A stretch of DNA of 64,000 nucleotides from a virus, in the IMG/VR virus record IMGVR_UViG_2861452123_000001, positions 13,139 through 77,138 of that record. One strand, written 5' to 3'. This document shows, one piece after another, positions 40,614-50,000 of this stretch. The first letter of the stretch is position 1. Every line of letters begins with the position of its first letter. The notes under the pieces were generated by a model. The model worked only from the letters and a program-made list of their open reading frames with translations. It did no database searches and was not told the origin of the DNA. The translations under genes were made by a program, and so were the position numbers.

Positions 40614-41890
40614 GCACGCCGAACGGGGATGAGTTCCGAAACAGCCTGATGTCCACGGGGATTGAAGTGCGTGTCGTCCGCGTTGAACACTGACCGGATC
40701 CGGCCGGGAGTTGCCCAGTCAGTCACGATGGAGTCAACGTCCATGCAGGACTCGGTGCCCACCGGCAGCATGTGCAGCCAGGTGTTCATCGCTACGCGCT
40801 TAGCTTCGGAGGCACCGGCCGAGAACTCCATGCGCGGTGGGATGTTGGTGATCAGGTGGCGGGCGTTCGGATACTTCGCCTTGCCGTTCTTGATTGCGCC
40901 ACGCATGTTCGCCTGCGCATCAGCGACAGTCGAGTCCACGGTGTCCGAGGACGCCAGGGCGAAGTACAGCACCACGTCTGGATCGAAAGCCGTGTCGCAT
41001 GAGTCGAACACAGTCCAGCGAGTGAAGTCGGTGGCAAAGTGTCCGGCCCAGCTGCCCGACATCGATAGGTTCGCAGCCACACCACCCTGCGCCTTGGCCC
41101 ATAGCTGCGGCCAAGAGCTGAGCGTGCCGTAGTTGTCGCCAGTGCCGTTGCTGGACGAGTTCGACAGCGAGTTGCCGACGACCAGAATGCGTGGGGCACC
41201 AGCGTCGGCGTACTCGTACTCGATCCACATCTGGAACCACGCCGCGTTGTTCTGCCGCGCAATACCCACAGGGTTCTGGACGCCAGCGTCCGTGGCCAAT
41301 AGGGACTGCCAACTGAGCCCGCCCGAGAACGCCATACCGCCGGACGCCGAAGTGGTCCAGCCGGTCGACAGCATCAGCGTGCGGTGGTCGACGGCCACCT
41401 GCGTCAGGTCGACCCATGGGGTGATTAGCTCGCCGCCCGAGGCAAGCGTCGTCGGAGCCTGAATAAGAGTCGGCGCAGCCGTGAAGTTGCCGTTCGGTTC
41501 ACCATTCGCGTCAACAGCCGGAATGCCGTAGTACAGCGACAGGCCGGTGATGTCGCCGGTCAGCACCACGTCAGCGAGGTGGTCGCGGTTACGCACGTGT
41601 ACACGCATGCGGGTAGCGGCCACCGGGAGCTGGAACAGCTGGCGGTTCGTGAACGGCTGATTCGGCCAACTCGACGCATGGCTCTTCGTCAACTCAAACG
41701 AGTAAATGCCAGTACGCACACCGGGGGTGGCCAGCGAGTACGGAAGGTCAATCCACGCCAAAACGCCGTCTCCAGTCTTAGTGCGCTTCGTGTCGGTCTC
41801 GTAGCCCACTTCGCCTGGGCCGAGGGTGGGATTCGCGGTCGTCCACTGCGCGGCTGTACCGCGACGTGGCTCGATCCGAATGATCGTCAT
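40610..41890 (-). CDS. Tail fibre with Mtd-N domain and SGNH esterase domain
   Basis: PRRGTAAQWTTANPTLGPGEVGYETDT; VVGNSLS; DDTHFN. Confidence 0.85.
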   Translation of the reverse strand: MTIIRIEPRRGTAAQWTTANPTLGPGEVGYETDTKRTKTGDGVLAWIDLPYSLATPGVRTGIYSFELTKSHASSWPNQPFTNRQLFQLPVAATRMRVHVRNRDHLADVVLTGDITGLSLYYGIPAVDANGEPNGNFTAAPTLIQAPTTLASGGELITPWVDLTQVAVDHRTLMLSTGWTTSASGGMAFSGGLSWQSLLATDAGVQNPVGIARQNNAAWFQMWIEYEYADAGAPRILVVGNSLSNSSSNGTGDNYGTLSSWPQLWAKAQGGVAANLSMSGSWAGHFATDFTRWTVFDSCDTAFDPDVVLYFALASSDTVDSTVADAQANMRGAIKNGKAKYPNARHLITNIPPRMEFSAGASEAKRVAMNTWLHMLPVGTESCMDVDSIVTDWATPGRIRSVFNADDTHFNPRGHQAVSELIPVRRA

Positions 41891-42543
41891 TAGGGGGATC
41901 CGCCTTCGAGGAGTCCGATGCCGGGATCCGATGGAGTGCCACCGTCGATCCCGCCCATCGATAGGTAGTTCAGCGCCAGCGGAACGGTCTCAGTGCCGTT
42001 GTTCAGTTCGAACTGCACAGTGCCGTCGAGGTTTACGTGCCCCTCGCCGGTGAAGCTGATGCCAGTGAGGCCCTGCGTCACGCCTGTTACCGGCGCTGCG
42101 GGTACGGGGATCAGTTCCGCGAAACGCTTGAGCCCGCCGACTGTTGGCGAGTTGAAGTAGAACGGGTTCAACGCAACCGGTCGAGTCGTGCCAGGAATGT
42201 GAATATTCTTGTAGCGCACGTAGATTGACAAATCGCCGGCAATGCCGAGAGCGGGAGTGTTGGCGAGCAGATACACAGGGCCACCAACGGTCCCGTCATC
42301 CTTCTGCCGCAGGAACGACCCATCCGGCTGAATGACCGCGACAACTTCCTTCGAACTGATCACCGCAGCGGGCGGCACAGTCTCGCCAAAACGGAACAGC
42401 TCACCAGGAGCGAGGTTGTACTTGAAGATCACCAGTCCCGACGTGGGAGCCACCAGGTCTGGGTACGGGCCAGCGTCAGCGCCGTCATCGCCGGGGACGA
42501 GGATCGGGCCATCGATCTGGAAGAAGGTTGGGTCAGCCATCAC
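41890..42543 (-). CDS. Minor tail protein
   Basis: Position in the tail module. Confidence 0.7.
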   Translation of the reverse strand: MMADPTFFQIDGPILVPGDDGADAGPYPDLVAPTSGLVIFKYNLAPGELFRFGETVPPAAVISSKEVVAVIQPDGSFLRQKDDGTVGGPVYLLANTPALGIAGDLSIYVRYKNIHIPGTTRPVALNPFYFNSPTVGGLKRFAELIPVPAAPVTGVTQGLTGISFTGEGHVNLDGTVQFELNNGTETVPLALNYLSMGGIDGGTPSDPGIGLLEGGSP

Positions 42544-42830
42544 GAAACCCCGTACATCGCGGTGTAGTCGGCCTGTGTCAACACGGAGATGACCCCGTTG
42601 AACACGACCTTCTTGTCACCGATGTGAGCCTCCATCAGAGATGGCAGCCCGCCCTGCGAGGTGGCGTCCTTGGAAACCTGTAGACGCCAACCCATCTCCC
42701 CATCGGGATCAGTCGACAGAGAGGCGACAGACACCGCCCCACGCCAGCCCTGCGCGTTGAGATCCACGAGGATCCCGAACAGCTCAGCTGGGGTGGTGAT
42801 GTCGTCGGCATCGAAGTCAATGCTTGGCAT
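42540..42830 (-). CDS. Hypothetical tail-module protein
   Basis: 96-aa coupled ORF. Confidence 0.65.
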   Translation of the reverse strand: MPSIDFDADDITTPAELFGILVDLNAQGWRGAVSVASLSTDPDGEMGWRLQVSKDATSQGGLPSLMEAHIGDKKVVFNGVISVLTQADYTAMYGVS

Positions 42831-42839
42831 GAAGTTCCT

Positions 42840-43853
42840 TTAAGCGGCAGCGAGCCGGTCGTTGGCCGTGAAGCTCTGTAGTCCTGGGGGGCCGACCTGA
42901 ACGAAGGTGAATGGCGGGAGATACTGCGTGCCCGCGAACATCGTCAGACCGACAAATCGGTTACTGGACCCAATGAGTGATGTGCCCGAAGTGTCGGTGG
43001 CGCGGAGAACCTCCGTGCCGTTCTGGTAGAGGACGAACTCGCGAACATCGTTGGTAGTGCCCAACTTCAAGGTCCAGCGGTCACCACTGGCGGTGGACAC
43101 GGAGCCCGACCCGATAGTGGTCGCCACTCCCCCGACAACGATGGCGATGTAGCAGGCGTTGTTCGTGATCGTCGCCTCGACGCGGTTGGTCATCGCCGCG
43201 TCACAGCGTCCGAAGAGACTCAGGTACGTCGGGTTGGTAATAACCGGGAAGGCAGCTGCCGTGACGAACGCAACCGACTGTGTGTTCGTGGCCAGAGGCG
43301 TGTTGTGACGGACCAGCGCACCACCGTCAGCACCGCCGATGGAAGTCCAGAAGAGGTTGTTGCCGTCAGTCTGCGGAGTCCAGGGCCCGACGCCAAACAG
43401 TGAGACGGTGTAGTTGGGGCCGGGGTTGGTAGCCGTGCGGGCGAACGTGTCATCGATCAGGACGCCGCCAGGGACATTGCCCTGCGCCAGCTTGCCCTCA
43501 AGCTGCGCCACACCGACATTCGCGTTATCGGCAGAAGCCTGGGCGGTGTCGATCGCGACCCACTTGCCGGTAATGAACGGTCCCAGAATTGGGATACCGC
43601 CCACCAGTCCGGTGATCGCCTGCGTGATGCCACCGATAACCGCCTGCGCAAGGCCAAGAGCGGACTCCAGGCCCTCATAGACAGCGCCGAACACCGTTGT
43701 GATGATGTTGTTGCCTGCGACCTGCGTCTTCTTGTCGGCGGTCACAGCAGCCTGCGTGCGACCGACCAATGCCGAGAAGCCCCCGCCAACGAGCGAGCCA
43801 TCGAGAGCGCCTGGAGTCATCTGACTCGGATCGCTACCCGAAGGCATCGTCAT
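42840..43853 (-). CDS. Minor tail protein
   Basis: Position; beta-sandwich C-terminus. Confidence 0.8.
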   Translation of the reverse strand: MTMPSGSDPSQMTPGALDGSLVGGGFSALVGRTQAAVTADKKTQVAGNNIITTVFGAVYEGLESALGLAQAVIGGITQAITGLVGGIPILGPFITGKWVAIDTAQASADNANVGVAQLEGKLAQGNVPGGVLIDDTFARTATNPGPNYTVSLFGVGPWTPQTDGNNLFWTSIGGADGGALVRHNTPLATNTQSVAFVTAAAFPVITNPTYLSLFGRCDAAMTNRVEATITNNACYIAIVVGGVATTIGSGSVSTASGDRWTLKLGTTNDVREFVLYQNGTEVLRATDTSGTSLIGSSNRFVGLTMFAGTQYLPPFTFVQVGPPGLQSFTANDRLAAA

Positions 43854-44305
43854 CCCTGGCCACCTCCCTGCTGCTGCACGAACTGGGCTAGGCGCATCAT
43901 GTCGGCGACGTTCTTCTGTAGCTCACTCACGGCGACGGTGCGCTCGGCTTCCGTGCCGCTGTCTCGGATGCGCCGGATCTCATCCACGAACCCAGGATTC
44001 GACTCCGCGATCATCTCCAGGACTTCGTCGCATTCCTGCTCGAAAGTCGCTGCCTCGGGCGGCTTCTCATCAACAAGTGTTCCGACAGCGAACTGACTCC
44101 CGCCCTTAACCCACTTCGTCTGCAGCTCTGGGTGCCAACGAAATCCCAAGTCCCACAACTGCTCTGACCAGGAATCCCAGCCTTGAATCAGGACCAGCTG
44201 CTGATTGGAGAAAGTTCCGCCACGCGGATCAGGGAAGCCTGCGGCCATAGCCCAGGCCATGCCCTTGGGGTGGTTTGGATCGGCGGGATGATGGCTTAGT
44301 GGCAT
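43850..44305 (-). CDS. Minor tail protein (DUF2744-like)
   Basis: WSEQLWDLGFRWHPELQT. Confidence 0.85.
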   Translation of the reverse strand: MPLSHHPADPNHPKGMAWAMAAGFPDPRGGTFSNQQLVLIQGWDSWSEQLWDLGFRWHPELQTKWVKGGSQFAVGTLVDEKPPEAATFEQECDEVLEMIAESNPGFVDEIRRIRDSGTEAERTVAVSELQKNVADMMRLAQFVQQQGGGQG

Positions 44306-44326
44306 TACGCCTGCTCCTCATCTACC

Positions 44327-44357
44327 TATAATTGATTATACCGGCTGTTTGCTGGCT
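44327..44357 (-). promoter_or_regulatory. Putative internal promoter AGCCAGCAAACA-N5-TATAAT; TATAAT present on both strands
   Basis: TATAATTGATTATA at 44327-44340. Confidence 0.45.
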
Positions 44358-44359
44358 AC

Positions 44360-46084
44360 TTACGCCGTGAGATGAACGCCGATGTTGTTCAGGATGTCTC
44401 GCGTCTTCTTCGCCAGACGGGCCATTCGCTCACCGGCAGACAGTGCGGCCTTGTTCTGACCGAACTTGCACTGGAACGACAGTGGCGTGTCGCCGCTGTT
44501 GTCCCACGACGGGATGATTTCCTCGCACTGGTTGACGAAGATCAGGTTGTCGTAGCCACGGCACGTCGACCCAACGCGGGATCCGATCTGGAAGTGAACG
44601 CCGGGGATGATCCAGGAGTTGCCGCGCAGCGACAGCGTGTGCGAGGTCTCCGACTTGGATGCAAGGAAGCCACCACGCAGCGCCGCCAGAGCGGACAGCG
44701 ACCACGAATTGTTCTCTGCGCCCTGCTGGTACAGCTCCCACAGGTGGACCCAGCCGAGGTTCTGCGCACGGCCGACGTTCTTCCACTCCAGCCACGCCGC
44801 GATGGTCCCGACGATGAATGGCATGATTACACTGCTGGCAATGTCACCCAGGGAAGAGAAACCGCCGAGAAGGAAGTAACCGATCAAAGACCCTGTGGTT
44901 TCGATGATTAGCTTCGCAATGGCGTCGGCAGCCGGGTTGTCGCCACCCACAATCACGGAGACCGCGGTGGCTGGAGACCACGTCAGCTGAGACGTTTCGA
45001 TCGGCGTGTACGCGGAGTCTCGGATGACGAGCCATGGAGCTGCGGCCAGAGTTCCAAGGAACCCTGGCCCCCAGTATTCATCTGGGTAGAGGCTCTCGTC
45101 GTCGGTGATCTCCAGTGCCGAATCCTCAACGAAACCACCGATGTACTGCGCCACCGAACGGAACATGCCGTCCGCGATGGTGCCGCCCAGGAACGTGCCA
45201 GTCAGGGGGCTGTAGTAGCCGCTGTCGTCAACGAACTCGAAGACGAGCGCACCATTGGCCGGTGTATCCACGAAGAGCAGGCCGGTCTCGACCTCACCCT
45301 CGTCCGTGAAGATCCGACGCCAGCGGAGGGTGATCTGTGCATCATCGAGCGCATCGGCGATGACGCTGTCGAGTGGATTCATTCGAGTGCCGAGGACAGT
45401 CCACAGCGACGAATCATCAAGTGGCAGAGGGTTGCACTTGATGTGAACCTGCCAGTTATGCCACTCTGTCGGCGAGAGGGCAAGCCACTGTTCGAAGTCG
45501 AACGGGTCGTCTGGGATTTCCCACAGGTTGCCCTCCTTTCGAATCAGGTTGAGCAGGATCATGATCGAGCACGCCCACTTCGCGGGACCAAAAATCGGCA
45601 ACACGCGAGGCCACTGGAAGACCGGGATTGGAAGCACGGGATTCGGTGGGCCAAGCAGGAACTGGAGGAACTGAAGGTCGTCCATGAAGTTCAGTTCCAT
45701 GTAGTGCATGCCGTCGCGCATCTTCACCGAGTGGTTCGACAGCAGGCCCGTCCAGCGCAGCTTCCCGCCGAAGAAGTCGACGCGGATGATGATGTTCTTG
45801 AGCTGGTTCGGGTCGTTCGGCACTGAGCGCAGCCACTCACTGATGTAGTGGTCAAAGCGCAATTCCATTGTGCCCGCCGCGCTTACGTTCTTCTTGAATG
45901 GGAACGAAGCGCGAATGGTGTCCTGGTAGGCGACACGGCCGTAGTACTCCAGGCCCACCGCAGACGGATCCGATGGGTTCCGGTAGAAGGTGATCATCGG
46001 CTTCGCGCGGCGGAGTACGTACAGCTGCTCACGCCATGCTTCTACTGACTGGTCGATGTCGACCAGTTCGTCAAGGCGACTCAC
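44360..46084 (-). CDS. Minor tail protein (hub/Tal-like)
   Basis: Large ORF after Dit; typical mycobacteriophage minor tail sequence. Confidence 0.88.
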   Translation of the reverse strand: MSRLDELVDIDQSVEAWREQLYVLRRAKPMITFYRNPSDPSAVGLEYYGRVAYQDTIRASFPFKKNVSAAGTMELRFDHYISEWLRSVPNDPNQLKNIIIRVDFFGGKLRWTGLLSNHSVKMRDGMHYMELNFMDDLQFLQFLLGPPNPVLPIPVFQWPRVLPIFGPAKWACSIMILLNLIRKEGNLWEIPDDPFDFEQWLALSPTEWHNWQVHIKCNPLPLDDSSLWTVLGTRMNPLDSVIADALDDAQITLRWRRIFTDEGEVETGLLFVDTPANGALVFEFVDDSGYYSPLTGTFLGGTIADGMFRSVAQYIGGFVEDSALEITDDESLYPDEYWGPGFLGTLAAAPWLVIRDSAYTPIETSQLTWSPATAVSVIVGGDNPAADAIAKLIIETTGSLIGYFLLGGFSSLGDIASSVIMPFIVGTIAAWLEWKNVGRAQNLGWVHLWELYQQGAENNSWSLSALAALRGGFLASKSETSHTLSLRGNSWIIPGVHFQIGSRVGSTCRGYDNLIFVNQCEEIIPSWDNSGDTPLSFQCKFGQNKAALSAGERMARLAKKTRDILNNIGVHLTA

Positions 46085-47004
46085 ATATATCCCAATCCGA
46101 CAGGGCGGGACCATGGACGCGAGTACCACTTCGGCACTTCGAGCTTGAGAGCGAAGCCGCCAGCGGCATCAGATACCTGAACCGGGATCGTCTTGTACGT
46201 CCCACCAGCGATGGGGTACAGGAGATCCTGGCCCTTCCACAGTCCCTGCAGGTTCATTCGGTTCTTGGCTAGAAGGGTCTGCACGCGTGGGTCAGAGTTG
46301 GCCACGCAGCCTGCGCCCTTCGGGATGAAAGGTGTTGGAACGGTACGACCGGCGTCCTGGACGCCACGCCCGAACTCGTTATTGCCCCAAGAGAAGTCGG
46401 GCAGCCGATACCGGGCCTGGTCGGTCAGAGTCCACTTCGGCCACACCGGCACGTCGCAGTCGACGGACAGCTTGAACTTCTTGGTGGCCTTCACCGCGTC
46501 CATGTCCCACGTGTAGAAGTCGGACGGCCCGACGAAGAACGGCAGCTCAGCGGCGCACGTCATCACGACCGTGGAGCAGGCGTAAAGGGCGGGATCCTTG
46601 CCCTCCCAGTCAGCGGACGTGTACGCCTCGGGCTCGTTCAAGAGACGAACCTTCAACTCGCGCCAGCCATCTGACGTGGTGAATCGGATCGTGGTTTCCT
46701 TCACGTAGTCGAACGCGAAGCGCCACGCCGAGTCAATGGAACGCCACAGCTCTGGGTCGCCGTTGTCGGCGAAGATGTTGACGGTGAACACGATGTCTCG
46801 CCGCTCCCAGCGGAAGTCCACGAACGTCTGGCCGAAAGCGCCTGGGAGCCAAAGGGACTTGACTGGCGCGTCGATGAAGCCCTTGAGCTTCGGCATCAAT
46901 TCGACGCCCTGGTTACCCTTGCCGGGACCAGAGATCTCGAAATGCTCACCGTGGATACCGAAGATCTCGATCTTCGCGGTGCGATCAATTGTGTCCATCG
47001 TCAC
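46081..47004 (-). CDS. Distal tail (Dit-like) protein
   Basis: Follows the tape measure; W+L+GPGKGNQGVEL pattern. Confidence 0.85.
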   Translation of the reverse strand: MTMDTIDRTAKIEIFGIHGEHFEISGPGKGNQGVELMPKLKGFIDAPVKSLWLPGAFGQTFVDFRWERRDIVFTVNIFADNGDPELWRSIDSAWRFAFDYVKETTIRFTTSDGWRELKVRLLNEPEAYTSADWEGKDPALYACSTVVMTCAAELPFFVGPSDFYTWDMDAVKATKKFKLSVDCDVPVWPKWTLTDQARYRLPDFSWGNNEFGRGVQDAGRTVPTPFIPKGAGCVANSDPRVQTLLAKNRMNLQGLWKGQDLLYPIAGGTYKTIPVQVSDAAGGFALKLEVPKWYSRPWSRPVGLGYM

Positions 47005-50000
47005 CCGAACTTGTTGATGTAGGGCATCTGCTGCTGGGAGTCCAAGCGGTCCTGCGTGCGCTTGAGGTCGTCAAACGACGTGACGTTTACGTCACCGTTG
47101 TGGACCTTCTGGTAGACCGGCGCGACAGGGGTCTGCGCCTGACGGGCAGGCAGCAGCGGGACACCCGATGCGGATGAGGTGGAGCCGCCAGTGGCAGTGC
47201 CGACCAGCAGCGAGGAGATGACATTCGCGACACCCGTAGCAACCTGGCCACCGATCTGGAAGCCCGCCTGGATGCCAGCACCGGCAGCGGAGCCAGCACC
47301 TGGAGCGAATGCATTACCGGCCAAAGAAGCGGCCGTCGAGGCAATCGAGCCGAGAGTGCTTGCCGCACCCTGAATCCCCGAAGAGATCGCCGGTAGGGTG
47401 TGATCCGACGACGTGGGCGCAGCGCCCAGCGTTGCGCGAGGATCGACCTGGCTCGACGGATCGGCACCAGGCTGTCCCTGGCCGACCGCGCCTCCACCGC
47501 CGCCAATCGCCTGCCCAAGCCCACCGATGGCGGTCAGCGCATCGGAGACCTGAGGAGTCGCACCGGGGTCGGGCGCGGGAGCAGTCGCCCCCGGCCCCAG
47601 TGCGCCTCCAGTCGAAGGGCTTCCCTGATCTCCGACACCGGGAGGTGCGAGACCGGGAGCCGCAGGGCCAGGCAGTGCTCCGTTCGGGCCAGGCTGACCT
47701 GGCGCGCCCAGAGCTGGCTCAGGGGGAGCTGGTGGTGCAATCGGCATTGGGCCGTTTGGCGCACCGCCACCCGGTGCGGGGACCGGAGGTGGTGGCATCA
47801 GCGGCCAACCACCGCCAGCGAAGTGGCCGATACTCATGCGGCGCGGGTTGACGTTGCCGCCGTTCCCGCCACCCGGCCAGCCGCCAGTCGCGAAGCGGGG
47901 CATTGACATACTGTTCAGCGCGTTGAACAGGCCAGGGCCGTAGTACTTCGTGGCCGCAGCGTTCGTGCGGTACTCACCCTTAGACAGCCACGCAGGACCG
48001 GCTGCACCCATACCGCCCGTCGCGTACGAGTGCGGAGACTGCGCCAGCCAATGCTGATAGGCCGCAGTAGGAGTGCCATAGCGCGACTTGATGTATGCCA
48101 TGCCAGCGACGGCCTGCGAGTACGGATCCTGCGAGTACGCGCCCATCGCGCCGAACTCGTCGTTCTCATGACCCTTGAACTGGAACAGTCCAAAGGCGTT
48201 GCCGTTGCGGGCGGTTGGATCCCAAGAACTTTCACCCTGGACCAGCTTCTCCAGCGCAGGCCACTCCGACTCCTGGAAGCCAGCAGCCAACATCGCCTTG
48301 TGGACGACGGTCTTCGGATCGCTACCGTTAGCCTCAGGTCCATTGCCTGCGTTCGGGTCACTCCCGAAACCGGCCGCACCCAGCAGGCCATTCAGCTCAG
48401 GGCTAACCCCGGCGACACCATTGAGGTTGTCCGAGATCGCCTGGTCTGCAATGCCAGTCGAGTCGGAGCTGTTCGCGCCACCGAACTGGCCGTTGCCGAT
48501 GATGTCGTTGGCGACACCCTGGCCGAATCCGGCGATGCCCGAGAAGTTGATGCCGGTGATGCCGTCGAGGAACTGCAGACCGATTGACGACAGTGACCCG
48601 CCGACGTTGTTCGCCAGGCCAGCCAGGTACTCCTGCGGAGACTGCTTCTTACCGCCGCCAGCGCCACCAGGCAGGCTGAGGCCGAGTCCCCCACTGGCCG
48701 ACAGCGCAGAGAGGGTGCCGTTGTCCGGCAGCGGCAGGTGCATGACGTTCGGGAATCCGGTTGCGCCCTGCGAACCCTGCCCCAGAACGATTCCCGTAGC
48801 AGTGCCCTGCGCGTCGATGTGCTCGCCGCTCGGCAGCGTGATCCCGGTGTGCTCGCCGTTCCAGCCGATAGTTAGCGTGCCCGGTCCACCATCGCCAGCG
48901 ATGAAGCCGCGCTGAGCCAGCGCCTCACCCTCATTGCCGGTCGCGAAACGCCCACCAGCGAACGGATCCTGTCCGGTCGCGATGTTCGCCAAAGCCGCCG
49001 CCAGGCCCGAGCAGTCCATGCCCTCAGCCGAGAAGCCACCCCACTGGTACGGCACCTTGCCCGCAACGGCCTGCGCGAACTGCTGAATGCGCGTGGCAGT
49101 CGGGCCGGACATCGCGAGCTGCGACTGCCCAGTGAATGGATTCGTGGCCACCGAGTAGATCGGCGAGTTCGGAACCTGGACCTCAGGAGTCGGAGTCGTC
49201 GGAATGTCCGGCGTGACAGGAGGAGTGGTGCCAGGCGTATAGGTGGGCACATTCTCAGTAGGTGTGCCCGTCAAGGTCACCCCAGGAGCGGTCAAACCAG
49301 GGTCTGTGATGCTCTGAGTCGGCCCAGCAGGAGCTGCCGGTGCAACCGGAGGGGTTGGCGTAGCTGGGGCCGTAGGAGGCGCTACAGGCGGCGCAGGAGG
49401 CGCGGGCGGAGCTGCAGGCATAGGAGGGCCGAGTACCGGCGCAGAAGGCAGCGGAGCGCCACCGGCAACCCCCGACAGCAGCCCAGTCAAGCCAGGCCCA
49501 GGGGCAGGCGAAGTGGAAGTACCCAGCCCTGGCAGCAGCCCCCCAGGAGCGGGAGCAGGGGCGGGCGTCGGCGGAATCACCGGAGGCGGCGACAGAGGCC
49601 ACCAACCACCACCTGCAAGTCCAGGGATCGCCTCGCGCGGGATCTGCTGGTTGTTCAGGGCATCAAAGAGCCCAACACCGTAGTGCTGCACCGCAGCTGC
49701 GCGTGCAATGTGCTCGCCACGCGACACCATCGCCAGGTTCGAGTCACTGGTAGGTCCACCAATACCGCCGACCAGACCACCGTTCGCGTAGAAGCCCGAG
49801 ATACGCGGCAGCCACTGGTCCGTGATGTCCGGCGGGATCGTAACCGTTACCACGCCAGTGGGATCCGGCTGCGAGAACGTGATGCCGTACTGATCGCCCA
49901 GCGCCTTCTCCGCAGCGATACCAGGGTTCTGGTTCAGCTGGATCTGACCCTCGCCACCAACGGTGAGGGTCTGTGAGCCGGGAGCAATCCCGTACTGGCC

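Noticed and set aside
39588-41890. Mtd-like domains suggesting a diversity-generating retroelement
   Set aside because: No reverse transcriptase and no template/variable repeat pair seen
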